DNA of 64,000 bases from Raillietiella orientalis (GCA_036172245.1 JAYWIR010000010.1:2542001-2606000); one strand, 5' to 3'; shown: positions 1 to 17,017, counted from the first letter of the stretch. Made by a program: numbers and translations. Notes: generated by a model from the sequence alone, not told the origin.

Positions 1-1
1 G

Positions 2-646
2 GAGCACGGAACGCTTTCTCCTGTGACCAGCAGTAGCTTCCTCATCGCTTCTCTGAAGGAGCAGACGCAGCAGATGTTTGCCCTTTTGCTCAATGAAAGC
101 GATGCTCCGGGCGACGACGGTGACATCAAGAAGAACGCTCCTGGCAAGAAGCGAAGTCTGCCCGCGCAAAGGGAGAAGCTGCAGACCGGGAAACTGACGA
201 AGTCTGAAGCATCGGACTGCACGGATATCACGCTGACGCAGTTGAATGCGTTGCGTGGGAACACTGCCTTCAGCGGTCACGGTGCGAACGGTCCCGGTAA
301 GAAGGGTAGGAATGGGAAAAGAGGAAGGAAGCAAAACTCTGCCGATGACACGTATCTGGTTCCTTTTTCACCAAGTTCTCAAACGGACTGCAAATCTGAT
401 GATGTTCCCTGCGTGCCGGGAAACGATGCCGAGTGGCAGTTTCCAGACACTCTCTTTCCAAATTTAATAACTGAAGAATGGATGCAATCCGACCTTCCCT
501 GCGTTCATGCTGAAGGCTCAACCGAAGCAGCCAACGCAGACAGCAGCCAAGGATATCACTTTCAGCTGGGACCAGAATCCAATGTGCTCCCGTGGCTGGC
601 AGAATCGTACGCTCTGCTCTATCAGAACGAACAGTCCACAGTGTAG
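2..646 (+). CDS. Probable terminal coding exon of an unidentified gene that begins upstream of the window (low-complexity basic/acidic protein tail)
   Basis: Frame is open from base 2 to TAG at 644-646 (>210 codons) in GC-richer sequence. It has basic NLS-like clusters (KKRS, KKGRNGKRGRK) and is followed by an AT-rich UTR-like stretch. No family recognised. Confidence 0.5.
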   Translation, partial: EHGTLSPVTSSSFLIASLKEQTQQMFALLLNESDAPGDDGDIKKNAPGKKRSLPAQREKLQTGKLTKSEASDCTDITLTQLNALRGNTAFSGHGANGPGKKGRNGKRGRKQNSADDTYLVPFSPSSQTDCKSDDVPCVPGNDAEWQFPDTLFPNLITEEWMQSDLPCVHAEGSTEAANADSSQGYHFQLGPESNVLPWLAESYALLYQNEQSTV

Positions 647-3600
647 TCAGCTCTATACTTTCAGAACCTTTTTTTGTGTGTGTGTGTGTGGGGGGGGGTG
701 CGTGCTGATTTTGACAAGTGAGCGACTTGGATCCTGTTTCGTAAGAACTTGACATAATCATTTTGATAGCAATTTGACGGAGGTGCCCTTTCCAGAGTGG
801 CAGTCATTTTTTTTTTTTTTTTCCTTTACAAACGGCCATTTTTGGCAAAATGCAATTGCAGTAATAGGGGTTAGGGAGAAACGATTCTCAGTGGGAATAC
901 TGCTTGAATGTATGAAATTTATTTTGTATACGAAAATGTAAAAAACACAAAAAAAAAAATTGTGAATGGCAATCAGAACCTTAATGAATTCATTTTTGAT
1001 GTCCGTCTTCACTTAATTCTGCTTCCGATCCTCTTTATGCATAAAAGTATTCATAAATTCTACGACTGCCACTTGGGTGATTTTTGCATCGATGGGGATG
1101 ACAAGTTGCAGCACAGGTGGAAAATATCCAAATAAGTACAGTACCATAAATTTGTAAACTACAAAGTACAAAGCGAAACATGCGTTGTGGGCAAATGTTT
1201 TGACTGCAGTTGTTTTGAAGAAAATCGAAATACAAGTTCTAACGACATAGTTGAAAAGGACAGCAACTTCATTCTCACAGCTCACGCTCTGGTAAAAATC
1301 CATTCAATTCATTACAGAAACTCAGCTGATTTCGGCCACTGAAGATTCTTCTTCAGAATTCTTCTTAGTATTTAAATTATATTCTAAGCACTCTAAATGC
1401 ATCGCTCTTCAGAAGCTATAATGACGAAGAGACCAACCTGCTCTGGCTTTCAGGAGAATCCAACGTATCTCCTGAATTCGAACGAAAGCTCAAGCAACTT
1501 CAAAAATGATTCTCATCTGGATTTCAATTTGTCGAATTCGTTTCACGCCTACTTCTCCTTATTCAACCTCGGTTCCACTTTATCTCCTGTTTCTCTTATC
1601 GTACTCATTCTTCGCTTGCCTATCTTCTTAAATTGCGAGTGTGCATCCACAGACTCTACAGATTATTTTTTTCAACGATGTTTGGAGAAAAAAGAGTGCC
1701 GGCACTCCAAGACTACGGCTCGAATCATCAAAAATCAGTGAATGATTGGATTATTCCGAATTCGGCTCCCAGCTGAGGGTGTGTTCATGCTTTATGAATT
1801 GAGATGTGATCCTTGTCAGAAGGCGATCCGCAAATAAAAAAAATCACACCGACTCTTTAGTCATGCTAGAAGGTGTGGCCCGTGCCCTGGTGCTGGAGTG
1901 CAAAAGTACCAAAGGTTCGAACCACGTCGGTCCGTGAACTTTAGGACGGTTGATTCAAACTGTAAAAGCTGCTATGCGCTTATTATGCAGGCGTAGGTGG
2001 AATGGGGCATGGCTTGAAAATGCATAGTTGCCGATCAACGGACTCGGAAATTTAGAGTCGAATAACTACACACCTCTCTGTGAGCTGTGCCAGCATCCGG
2101 ATATCTTTTCATTGACATGGAAACTCCGTTTTTTACACGTATTTGCTGAAACTTGCCGCTTTCCACAGCTTGACAGATGCACGGCAACCACACCCTTTGG
2201 AAGGCCGTTTTCACAAGTGTGAGACCTCTTTCCGCACGAACAAATGATTGAAATGAGCAGTGGTGAGCTTATTGAAAATAATTTAGCCCCATTATCTCCA
2301 CAACAGACTATCGGGAAAGCAGTTACACAGATAATGGCGCATTATTATTTTTCGGTCTTTTGATGGCCAACAAGTCTTTTGTGTCAACCTTTTCACTGCC
2401 TTATGAGGGGGAGGGGGGGGGAGTGGAGTTTTTGAACGCTTACGAGTCAAGCGGTTTGGTTTCCTGTTAATTACATTCTTTATTCGCTTGGCAATCAGAA
2501 GAACTTTGAAAGTTCTCTACCTTTCTGTCTTCAAAGTCCTGGCATTCAAATCGATTACGCCCCATTCAATCGAGGAGTGCGTTGTAGAAGCGTTCCACAA
2601 GAATATGGAAAAGAGAAACGTAACGAGAAGAGACATTTCATACCAGCCAGTTAGTGCAGGAAAGTTCCAGTCATTTATAGCTAATCTGAATACAAAGCAA
2701 GAGATCACCTGAAAATCGGACATCTGCTTAATTAACTACTTCAGGAATTAAATACACAAGTGAAAATTTTTCGTTTTGTATGCATCCAAGAGGAGCACAT
2801 TTCCATTACGTGAAATCATAATCCAAGCAAGTTGCCTGCAATTATCAGCAGAGCACCGCATTTTTCGTGCTGGCCACCCTTGATCGAGCATGTCACACAT
2901 CCCAAGTGTGGCAACAGGAACACCCCCGCACACGGGAAACCAGTGAATTTCACATTGTGGAAGCGAAATGCTCAAACACACTCTTGAGGAGGCATAAATG
3001 GTTCGAAACGAAAATCCAAATTTTAGATTTTTTTTTAAAAAAAGAACCTTCCAGAGTGGACGAGGAATGGATTGTAATGACAAGTGTAACGTTGCCACTA
3101 CGAAAAGCACACCTACGATAACGGATGAAAAAAAGGAAACTTTGCAAGCACACCGGACAAATATGAAATTCAATATGGGATGGGCACTGTAAATCTTCAT
3201 ACTGTTCTCTGCAATGACAACCCTTCCCTGCCGAGGAGGAATGCAAAAATTCTGTTCCCAGAGAGGACTCCAGAAGCGAACGAACTGCTCTGCCGCACGA
3301 CGACCACGGTCAAAACACGCAAAGTCTGTCGTTTTATTCACTGAAGTTTGTTTGAAGATCCAAGTAATCAGAATGCTTTGTGCAACATCGTAAAACACAC
3401 ACAAAAAAAAAGCCTTCCTGAGCTATAAGGCCAATTATCAACTGTTAGAATACACGTCCTACGTACCGATGGTTCCATGGCATGCAAAAGTTGGAAGCGT
3501 TGGATGAAAAACTCTCGCCAAACAAGAACTACACTTCATCGAATTTTGCTATCTCGCAATACATTTTGCCTAGGAGATTCAGTAACCTTACGCTGCGCAA

Positions 3601-4253
3601 TGTACAAATTCAACATAATAAATGAGCTGGACTTTCCAAAAGAATACTGAAATACAAAAACCGGAAAATAGGCACTTCCACCGTGGTGCATTTCCGACAG
3701 ATATGAAGCGAAATGGGAGGCCAAGAGCAGCTCACATATTCCTGGTAGCATCTGATGTCATATTCCAAAATTGCAACAAAATAATTTCGATAAGGTTATT
3801 CACAGATTCAGCAACAGTATCACTTGTAACTGAAAAATCCACTTTTCGATGTTCAAATTAGTAAACCAAAATAATCCCAAACATTTTTATTTCCTTTTAA
3901 TGGAGAAAGTCAGTTGGAATGGCATTTTTCTTACATGATCTTTCCAATGAGGTTCTCTCGCTTACACTCTAAAGGAGTAATTACACTTGTCATAATTTCC
4001 TAGTGATGACACAAACATAACTCAAAACATATGAAAATCACACTATAAAAACAAAAACAAAATACCAATCAACGTTCACATATGCACCGTAGGTTTCCAG
4101 ATATATAGGTGCATAATGTACCATAATCAAAGAGAAATATTCAAAATCCCATATCCAACAAGTAATTAGGCTCCACCTTCGTAAGCAACTTTTGGGAATA
4201 CTTATTTATTTTAATAGATCATCTTGTAGTTGAAGTAAAGGATATGGTTACAT

Positions 4254-6669
4254 TTACTGGAATTTATTTGGCTGAAACTTTTCCAAACGTTTTTTTCGTA
4301 CTTCATCTCGTTCCTCTGAAACTGCCTCCTTAACACCAGATATTTCCCCTTTGGAAGAAGCTTCTCCAATTTCATTTTCTTTCTCCTTTCTAAAATGAAG
4401 ATTAGTTTTTTAATGTGTTAATTGCACATTTACTTACTCTGCTAGTTGCTCCCCTGTCGTCCTAAAAACATATCAATACACAAGCTTTGGTATGATTTAC
4501 ACTCACTTTGAAGTACTTTCAACAAGTGCAAGATACTGATTGATTTGAAGCATAGCTGCATCCAATAGTGTCTGAATGTTCTTCAGTGTTTTAATACGCA
4601 ATTCAATTGCTTCCCTTTCATTCCTCTCCATAAGTTGTAATTCTTCTACAGTTAAGCCACTAAAATCATTTGGAATTGTTGGAGGAGGTACCACTATGAC
4701 AATGTACTATAAACTAGGATTCTCATATGGATGACTTACTAAATGGCAGTAAGGGAAAAGGAGGTAAAAGAAATGGCATAGATGGTCCTGTAGCAGTATT
4801 ATTACTTGAATTACCTAGAAATCACATAATGTGATATCAAGAAAGCAGATACTTAAATAAATTTACTAGTTTCTTGTCTTGCATTAGATAAGACTTGCTG
4901 CATGGATGGCCATAGATGAGGAGGAATATTAAAGAAATTCGTTGGTGGTTGTCCTGAAATTCATGATTTGAGAAGTTAGTTGATTAATCCCAATGTACAC
5001 CCTGAATACCATTTACGGGTTGTGCTAATTGTGGAGCTGACTGCTGTTGCTGTATTTGTGATGCACTAGGTCTCACTATCAAGATGTTCATTCTACATGT
5101 GGGGCATGTCTGCTGTCGCTGGAACCAAGAACGCAAACATGCAGAATGGAATATATGATTGCATGGTAATTTTTTAGCACCTGTAAGAAACATTTACTAT
5201 AATAATTCTGCATGATGCAAAGTTTTGGGAGCTAAAAAAATTTGTGTAAACAAACACCTGTTGTCATTTCTTCTCTACAAATAATGCACACATTGTCTGA
5301 GGATTGTAGCTCTTCAGCACTAGCATCGGGATACAAAGTGTTCATATTATGAACTGCTTGGCGAGATCGGATAACATCCAAAACTGCTTTTCTAAAGGCA
5401 CGAAGACTAAGGTACATGGACCGGACGATAAATAAAGGGAAAAAACTGTAAAACTGGATCATTATTCCAATAAATGCCAAGAATAGAATGACTTTGCATA
5501 ATCCTTATTAAAAAATCTTCTGATTATAAAGGAAATGTTGTCCATATCTACGTACCCATCACTAAGTCTGAATACAATAAGCAAACAGCTTTGTCATCCC
5601 AAGGGGTGTCATTCTGCAGATCAACAGCATGCAAGATATATTTTATAGTAATATTAAGGCCAATAACAAAAAGAATGGCATATTCAAAACCAAATACCAG
5701 TTGCACAGATGGTTTAATCATTACACTATGATATGCACGATAGACAAAACAAGCATCACAACTAATAAGAAAAATCAGCAAGGCTAAAATATGCAATGAG
5801 AAAAAATCTTGATAAGCGTTACTTACATATGATCCGAAGATGAAAGAGCAATGTAATTATTGGGCTCCTTTCTATCTGAAAGGTGTTGCAATTGAAAGAA
5901 CTAATTCATCAACAAACAAACATTCAATTACTCAGACATTACAAAAAAAACGTCTTTTTAAAAGAATCGAATACTTTTATACAAAAATAATATAATGTGA
6001 AAGTTAAAAACACATACTGAGATAGATTTAAATGCCCTACGAGACATCCAATTTGGCTACTTACAAAATCAACTCTTTCTTCTGCTAACCAGTGAAATGA
6101 TCTTAAAAACAAAAGGATTGTAAAAAGTGCAATAAAATGTGGAGTCAAATCATCTTTAAACATTGTGAATGCTAAACAGGTTTCAGTAATCGCATACCAA
6201 AACTTCTCCCTTAAATGCTAAAACATTCTCAGTGAACACAAACTTGTACAAACAACCACTCACCTCAAATTCTGTACTACGCAACTGCCCAAAAAATATT
6301 TTTACCATCAATTTTGCCACCAGAAAGACACAAACAAAACCTTGGACATACAAGGCCTAAAAAACAAATGCACGCAGTTCTATAACATGGAAAAAACACC
6401 TCTGAACTTATGTATTTACGCAAAATCATACAAGATTTTTCCTCTGAAGTTAAACAACGGCAACTATTTACAAAACCCATTGGTTTTGATGATAACAAAT
6501 ATTGGTTAATACTATTAATAAACTTTTAAATTTTACTTACTGCGATGCTGAATTTGGATTTTGTTATATAAATTGCTGTGGGATAAAATTCTTTCTTTTG
6601 ATAATATGCATTTCCAATTACTGTTGCAGTCAAAGCTAGGCTTCCAAGCGTAAATAATACAGTTTTCAT
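4254..6669 (-). CDS. SYVN1: ERAD E3 ubiquitin ligase HRD1/synoviolin (multi-exon)
   Basis: ATG at 6669: MKTVLFTLGSLALTATVIGNAYYQKKEFYPTAIYITKS. Internal motifs FHWLAEERVDF, QLVFGFEYAIL and RING-H2 CIICREEM...KKLPCNHIFHSACLRSWFQRQQTCPTCR. C-terminus EVRKKRLEKFQPNKFQ* (TAA 4254-4256), AATAAA at 4205-4210, GT-AG mini-introns. Confidence 0.97.
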
Positions 6670-9600
6670 TTTGATTAAGAAACCAAAACTACAATACTAT
6701 TTGGAAATCTTAATAGTTACACAAACATTTTAATTACACTCGCAAACGTAATTGCAATCCATAGGTCTCCCTTACATTGAAAAACAAAAAACAAAGGCTG
6801 ATTTATAAGTAGATGATGATTACATGAAATTTTAGTACACAGTGTTCACTTCATATTGGATTTATACTATTTGAGACTTCCCTTTTGTCATCATGCAAAC
6901 TTTTAAATATTCACAGCTTTTACTCCTCTTTATTCATTGTCATCCGAGATCCTGAACTATAACCTGTGTAGATTAAAGCAGGCAATGAAATCCCTGGAAA
7001 AACAAAAACTTACGGCTAACCTACGTGGGTTGTATGTTGTAACATACAACACAATCAAAATACGAAGTTATTTTCTATTGGCGATTCCATAAATACCAAG
7101 CTTGTAATCTCGTTAACGTTTCTCTTCAATTTAATTTTATTCGATACAGAAATAGAATTTTATGTTTTCAAAGCAAAATTTCCTTCATAAATCCAAATAA
7201 ACTGAAGGCTTTATATCTCATGCACTGTATCTAATATAACAGTAAATTATTGTCCATCATCACATCATACTTGGTACGTCATATAGAGGTGTCTCAAAGC
7301 TGTGATAACTTGCACATTTCCTACATACGGAAAACGCTGCTTTGATCTGAAAAAAGAAGCAACATTGCTACTGAAATCATTTGTTCCTCCTTTAAAGGTA
7401 CGAATTCCTTATTTCTAAAAATCATTCACATGAAATACATTCGAGAATACACGGGTAATCATGAGAGGCAATGATATTGCATTTTTTAGATTAGTGACAG
7501 AAACTTCCTAACCCTATGTTTAGTACTGACTCATCTTAGTTCATAGTATCGTGATTAAATTCATACAGATTACTGACCAGAGGTTGCTGGAGTCGATATG
7601 AAGAAAGAATTCACAATAAGAAATATTATAAGTTCTCTTCGCCACTAAACACTAAAATAACAATAAATTCTCTTTACAAATGATTCTCTTTTCCACTAAC
7701 CACATCAAATGATGATGGAAATGAAGAAATATAGAACAAATCAACCGAAATTATTCGGCACTCTCATCTGTAAACAGCAATAATTCGTTTCCTGACGCCT
7801 TTCTTAAGTCTTTACTGATCATTAGATTCATTAGTATTACGCTACACACTATTCTGCCGTATCTCCATATGAAAACATTTATTTACATCTCGAATGTCAT
7901 GTAACGATTCTGTAATTAAGTATGAAAAATTTTGAAGCTAGTATACATATAAGAAAAAATATCCAGCGAAAGCATATAAACTTTGCAAACAATGGTTAAT
8001 CATATTCATATATTTCTCAAAGAAAAAGTTTCGTTTCCTTCCTTATGATTTGTTTCGACTCTTTACCTTCAAAACGGAAAGCAAAAGTCTAAGCAAGTTT
8101 TTAAAAAGTGGTATGTGTAGAACAATGGAGCTCAAAGCGATTTTCCGGGAGATTCTATGAAAAAAGAAGCATAAGAAATCGTGCTTGATGCTATTCTAGT
8201 TCTCAAAATAATTCGGAAAATTGATAGAGAAAACATGAAAGTACAATGACTTCATAGTTCTCGTGGAAACTATAGGACAGTAAAAGGAGATCTCTTTCTA
8301 AATAGGCTTCCAGGCAGTCGTATCACTCTATGGTAAAACAGCATAACCACCATGTATTCTAAATCTAAATTGATCATTTGGCAATTTTTTTTTGTATCTA
8401 TATTCTATATCGACTTGACTTTTATTACTGCCTGTATTTGTTTAATTATGTTGCATTTCTTCTATAAAGTAATGAAGATTATTATTTGAAGCACATGAAA
8501 TTTCGTAACACATGGATTTTTTTGAGATTTTTCGTTCCACTAAGAATGTTGTCATAAATAATTTGTTTGCTAACACTTTTCCAAAATTTAAGATAAGGAT
8601 ATTAGTATTTTATATCTGAAACAATGTTTTGTTTTATATGTTTTTCGGATATGCAACACAAATTCAAAAGGTTCGAGACGGAATTTGCAACCATTAAGTG
8701 GTTCGTTTCTTAGAAGTTCTTGCTGCAATAGATTTCTAAAGAGTAAGAGCAATTTAATAATCTATTGCAATACTTCGATATAAGGGGAAAATTGTGACAT
8801 GTTGTGATAACATCATTCCACTTTACAACCAATGCACAAATATATAGGTCCAGTATTTGAAATCAGTTGGACCCATGAAACTTATAGCTTATGATTTGTG
8901 AAAGAAATCATTCCACATGTCGGTGATTCTTTTGGTTTTCATAGCCATTTTTTGCGTTCTGAATTCCACCGCTCATGTTCATGTTTTTCCTTACCACATA
9001 AGCTCCTGTTTTGTTCTTTTACTTTTATACTTTGCTCTCTATATTTCTCTCAGTAATTGTAAGTAACTGGTTGTATAAGAATTCAAAAAGTAGACTTTCA
9101 AAGATTTCTTCCTTCCACTTATACGTCTCAAACAACAAAATAAAGCAGATTTCAATGATAAATGATTTGTTGAATCAATAATTTCACATAATTATAAAAA
9201 TCTGGAGCACTCATACATAAGAATTCAAAATATTGAGGTAAGATAGTTTAGAGATTCAAATCCTAGCATCACAGTTTTCAAGGATGGAATTCATTTATTG
9301 GTTTGGCGTTTTATCAATGCTTCATTGTGAATTATCTATTGAACTTTGAGAAAACGCATTATTTGAGTCTAATACACCAAACAGAAATGAGAAACACCAA
9401 TGAGAAAAGTTTCAGGATAAAACTAATTTTGTGATTCCATTGGGTACATGAAAAAAAAGTAAATTCCATTCTTTCCATTGAATAAGCTGTTCTTTTATTT
9501 GGTCATGATTGAATTAAAACTGTAAAGGTCATTCTCAACTAATTCAATTTGCTGTCTCATACAGGTTAAATACTTGCTTATCCCGACTTCTGCTTGTCTC

Positions 9601-10289
9601 AAACTAGCACGGAGTGGTTTCTTTTTGTTTTTATATTTTTTACCATGTATTCTGTTTCAAATTTTGTGCGCATTCTCCAGCATGCTGATTTTTGTGATAT
9701 CGCCACATCAAATATCAATTATTTTCAACTCCTGAAAGTCATGAAACTTTCATTTTTATTTTGCTTTCTTAATTTTCATTTCCGTTTATTTATTATAGTA
9801 GTAGTGTGCTATCGTTTTTAAAGCTGAATTTTAAACGAAATTAAAGATTTGGGCAAGCATATTTATTTTGTTAAATGTTCAAAACAATGTTCATGCTGAC
9901 AGACATTTCTGAATGTTTACTAGCACTGGATAATAGTATTCAATGGACGATTTTTCCTATATCTTCAGCGCTCACTAAGTTCTCAAAGTCATATTTGTGT
10001 CTAATCCTAAAATCAGAAAAATGCCTGCAAAGTACCAATCATTAATTTTTCCTGGAAACGAATTCACGTTTTAGTGCACATGCAAATTGGACGAAGAAGT
10101 GATGCATCTTGCGTCTAAGAGCTTGGAGTTTATTTGGATTAAAGGTTTTCTACAGGAACCCAATTGGCAGTACTTGCTTTTTTTTTCAAGTACGCTTATT
10201 GATTTAGACTCATTTCTAGACGTACCACACTTGCCAGAAAGATTCACGTAATTTTTATAAATGTAGTATTTCGTTTCACACTGCTGACC

Positions 10290-10572
10290 ATGAGTACAAC
10301 ACACCGCTCGGGACATAAGGTAAGTCGCAAATAGTGCAAAGAAATGCAACGTTTTGCAGTATTATGAAAGTTACAGCGATGTGGAAACAAACGAAGAATT
10401 GCATGATACTATTCGTTACATGAAGATGGCGAACACCAAGACAGAAACTTACCCATCCTGTGACGGCACCATAATTAGTGTTATATTTGTTTTGGTTATT
10501 CTCGTCATATCGGGCGTTACAATCTACTCCTTTCAACATCTGTATTGGGCGGTATCCCGCGAACGTGGTTAA
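10290..10572 (+). CDS. Candidate two-exon 80-aa single-pass membrane microprotein
   Basis: gaccATG at 10290; exon 1 MSTTHRSGHK (10290-10319). A 40-nt intron GTAAGT...TTTTGCAG (10320-10359) joins in frame to exon 2 YYESYSD...IISVIFVLVILVISGVTIYSF (TM-like)...RERG*. Confidence 0.55.
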
Positions 10573-10683
10573 AAAGAAAAACTAAACTTTGAAATATCTT
10601 GGTTTATTAAAAGGCCAAAGCAATGTACATCAATTGAAATGCTAATAACAATTTTTAAGCTAAACCAAGTACATTTTTTGTTA

Positions 10684-13382
<2,699 letters not shown>

Positions 13383-15819
13383 ATTTATTCAATCTTGATT
13401 ATTACAGAACCCTATGTAATTGTGTAAAAATTTAAAACTGCTACACATACGATTACACGGGCAAACTTAAAACAAGCAAAATACAAAAATTTCCTTGTTT
13501 TCGCTCCGAAATAACCATACGTAAGTGCAATTAACATACTTACATTTATCAAAATGAACTTAAATTTATTAACATATGAGCAAAAAGAAAACCTAATAAC
13601 CATACCTTTAACCAGAACCAACGCTTTCACCGCACTCAACTGCCGCGTTCAAAATGGCTACACATAATGTATGGCGGAAACTGTTTTCTTAGTTGTCGCT
13701 AAAAGTAAAAGCAACTTCCGAAAATTTTATTATGAGAATGATTTCAGTCATTAATAATATTCGAATACCAGAAGAAAGAAATCACTTATTTGCTGTAGTC
13801 GTGTAAAGTATTTCCGTATAGCTATATGTGTCTTTTCGTATAGCTAATATGTGTCTTTTCGTATGTGCCAATGCACAATGGGCATACACAGTTTCAATAA
13901 AATCACGTGTATTTGAATAAATTTTGATACTTTACCTCGTAGCTATCGTGTAAGCTATGCTAAATCACAAAACAAGTTTTGGAATTCGGGTGCATTTATG
14001 TTATAAAGTTATGAATCATATTACGCAGACTGAGTTGATTGAGTTTGTGCACAATCTTCAATTCGGTTCATCAGAACATATTAGGCAATTGCTGCGTTAC
14101 TGATGATTCACCGATTGCTTTTATCATAATAGGAATTGGGAGGAATACAGGTTCACATCTTTTTATTTCAGGATAAATCAAAAGTTTTTGAAGCAATTCT
14201 AAAATATTCCAAGCTATCTTTTGGGGATTAATGCATTATCTACAGAAATACTTGTTCCAATAACCTGCACTGAAAATAATGGATGCCGTCGTTTAACGAA
14301 GCAAAGTTAAAATAACATGAAATTTCTAAGGTAAGGAATGTAGTCTGGAAATTGCAAGAGTGAAAATTAAAGTAATTGTTTTCAATATAAACTCTTATCT
14401 TAATCACATAATAAAAATCCTGTTGATTAGTTGTTAGTCAATCAGTAAATGGGTAACTTTTCTTCTAGAACTCAAAAATTGGAAATCTAAGTTAGAAGTT
14501 TAGGGATTCTTAATGTAAATGCGAAGATTTCTTGGTATCGTATGTGATCTATTAAAGTTAACTATATGATAAAACGAAGGGAAATACTTTGTGCATTATA
14601 GTGGTGATAAAAATAAACTCCGAGTTTAATTTCTTTAACATGGATTTTCTTTTTATTTTACAGTAATGGGTAGTCAACATTCCGATATGCAATTTGAAGA
14701 TTTCATATTTAAAAGTTCTCCAATTAGTTGAAAACTAATGTATTTGCTTCCCCAATATTTGAAGTTGTGCTAACTTAGCATTCTAAACACTTATTTGAAA
14801 GATCAGATTTTCAGGGTATTCTATTCAAACTTAGAAAAATCTAGTAACCGAAGGCTATCTAATGCCACAACAAGTAGTCTTATTTAGTCTGAGCATTTTA
14901 ATCGCTGAAAGAAAAAAAAAGAAACGATGAGAATATTGCAATTATCAGTTTGATTACTCCTGTAAAATAGCTCATTTGCGAGATATGTCTGCCTAAATCC
15001 TACTGTCCACTCCTACAAAATCTAGAACATTTCATACGCTGTCCTCAAAGAATTTTACAATCACAGATTAAGCAGAAATATTTGTCAAGCCTAGAAATCC
15101 TGAAAATATCAGACAAATACTCTGTTCGTGTGCCTTTCTTCATATTAAAGACGACGCTATGTTTCTTTTACTTTGAAATCAGTGTTTATGAAAACTGTAT
15201 TGTACTGTCGTCTCTCCAAAATTACCCCCATAACCACGTCTAAGTTCTATCCATAACTGCTTTAATCTTTCTCCAGAATGATCTAGATGGTTTCGTTTTA
15301 ACCCAATCAAAAATATTCAAATGGTTTGAAGAAGCGAGGAGTTTATTTCCGCTGTAAATCATGTCCGTTATTATAAAACCATTATCTTCTTGTTTTATGT
15401 TATAGATTCTTTTTTTCCTTTTTTATGCTAAGGTAGCCATAGTCGATTCATATCCTCCAGAATTCACATATTGATTCATTCAAATAAGAAAGTTCTTGTT
15501 GAAAATGATAGTGCTTTGATTTACACCCTAACGTGTACGTAGTGAAGGAGAATCATTAAGGCGGAATCATTATACGGAAATGAGCTGAAAGCCAAATGAA
15601 ATGAAACAGTTTTAGGTTTGAAAAATGAATGAAACAGTTCAAGGTTTGCGCTACTGAGTTTTCTGTTGCTGCTAAAATGTGTTCAGATGTCAGGTTGAGG
15701 AGGGAATGAGAAAGAAACATTCACCAGCACTATTGTAACGTAATTTGAAACGAAAGAATGGTGGTCATCCGCATAATTGGCGCTGTTTTTGTCCGTTGGG
15801 ACTTGCGGCGTACGCGTAT

Positions 15820-15970
15820 GAAAATACGGTCACGAGTTGCTATCACAAGAAAGCTGGGAACATTTCACAACAGTTCGAAAAAAATTTTTTACAAAGGCAA
15901 AAATGTAAATGAAAAAGGGAATAATAAGACCGTGTAGAACACTTGTATGCATGAGAAGAGTCTTTTTCCT
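15820..15970. repeat. Dispersed ~150-bp repeat, copy 1 (copy 2 at 18835-18976, same orientation)
   Basis: Shared blocks GAGTTGCTATCACA..AAAGCTGG.AACATTTCACAA..TTTACAAA..GAAAAA.GGAATAATA..TGCATGAGAA are visible in both copies. Confidence 0.8.
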
Positions 15971-17017
15971 CATAGAGTTATTTTTCTACTTTAGAACTAA
16001 ATTCAAGTTAGCTGTGTAACCGATTTTTTGTGTCCATGGAGTTGTAAAATAAGATGGAATTTCAAATAATTGAACTCTTTTATACAACATAACTTACTTT
16101 TGAACATATGTACTCATCGTGGTAATTTGTTTAACAGGTTGAAATGTAAGTTCACTTCCTCATACTTGTACTACATCGTACTCTTATTTCACATTACTTG
16201 AATATTGTTTCATTCTTTATTACTACACGTTTGCTTCACGTTCAGCAAAGCACCACCTCTGAATCAGCCGCTTGTATGTACATACAGTGCTTTCGTAATT
16301 GTTGTACTCAGGCTCGTTATATAATCTGCATTATCTCTATAAACTATACTATTCCTTCACTGCTGTAATCTACCAAATGCTGCTATTCGCCTACCTCATA
16401 TCTGCATAGCTAATGAAACAATGCCCGGAAACCTTGCTCTTATTCGTGTAGACCCGAAATTTTTTCATCTTCATACTACATTCAATTCCTCAAGTACCTG
16501 GATTCCGCATTTACCATTTCTTTAAACCTATAGCTTAATGGATATGGGTTGGGACATGACAAATCGTGATACACAAGTATTTTAAGATTTGCAGGAGCTG
16601 TACAAAAAAATGTTCATGTGATCATATCGGCTATTTGTATCGTAGCTATAGACTCATATAAGGACGTTCAAACACTTGATATTGCCGGATGAGGTTCTTT
16701 ATGTTAACCTCCACAAAGGTTAGGTTTACTGTAATTAAATGCAACTTACATGCTTAAAGAAAATTTCTTCACCTTGTTCATTTTCAAGTTGAAAGCTTTT
16801 GAAACACATAGACTCTTAGCAAACTTGAAATTAGAAAAGTTGTAATGCATGAAAAAAAATCTTTTTAGAATAAAAATGAATATAATATATTACAAACAAC
16901 ATTAAAGTACATGTCCTTTATTGTCATTTATGAGTGAGCACAAGAGATTCTCAAACTTAAGTCAGATCTGTTGCTGTATTGCATGGACTAGAAACAGTGA
17001 AAAAACTTCAACAACTG

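Noticed and set aside
1875..1935. tRNA or tRNA-derived SINE (GGTTCGAACC B-box)
   Set aside because: No convincing A-box spacing or cloverleaf.
2748..3404. 218-aa minus-strand ORF as a gene
   Set aside because: Non-ATG start in a homopolymer/CA tract, no recognisable domain and no clear splice structure.
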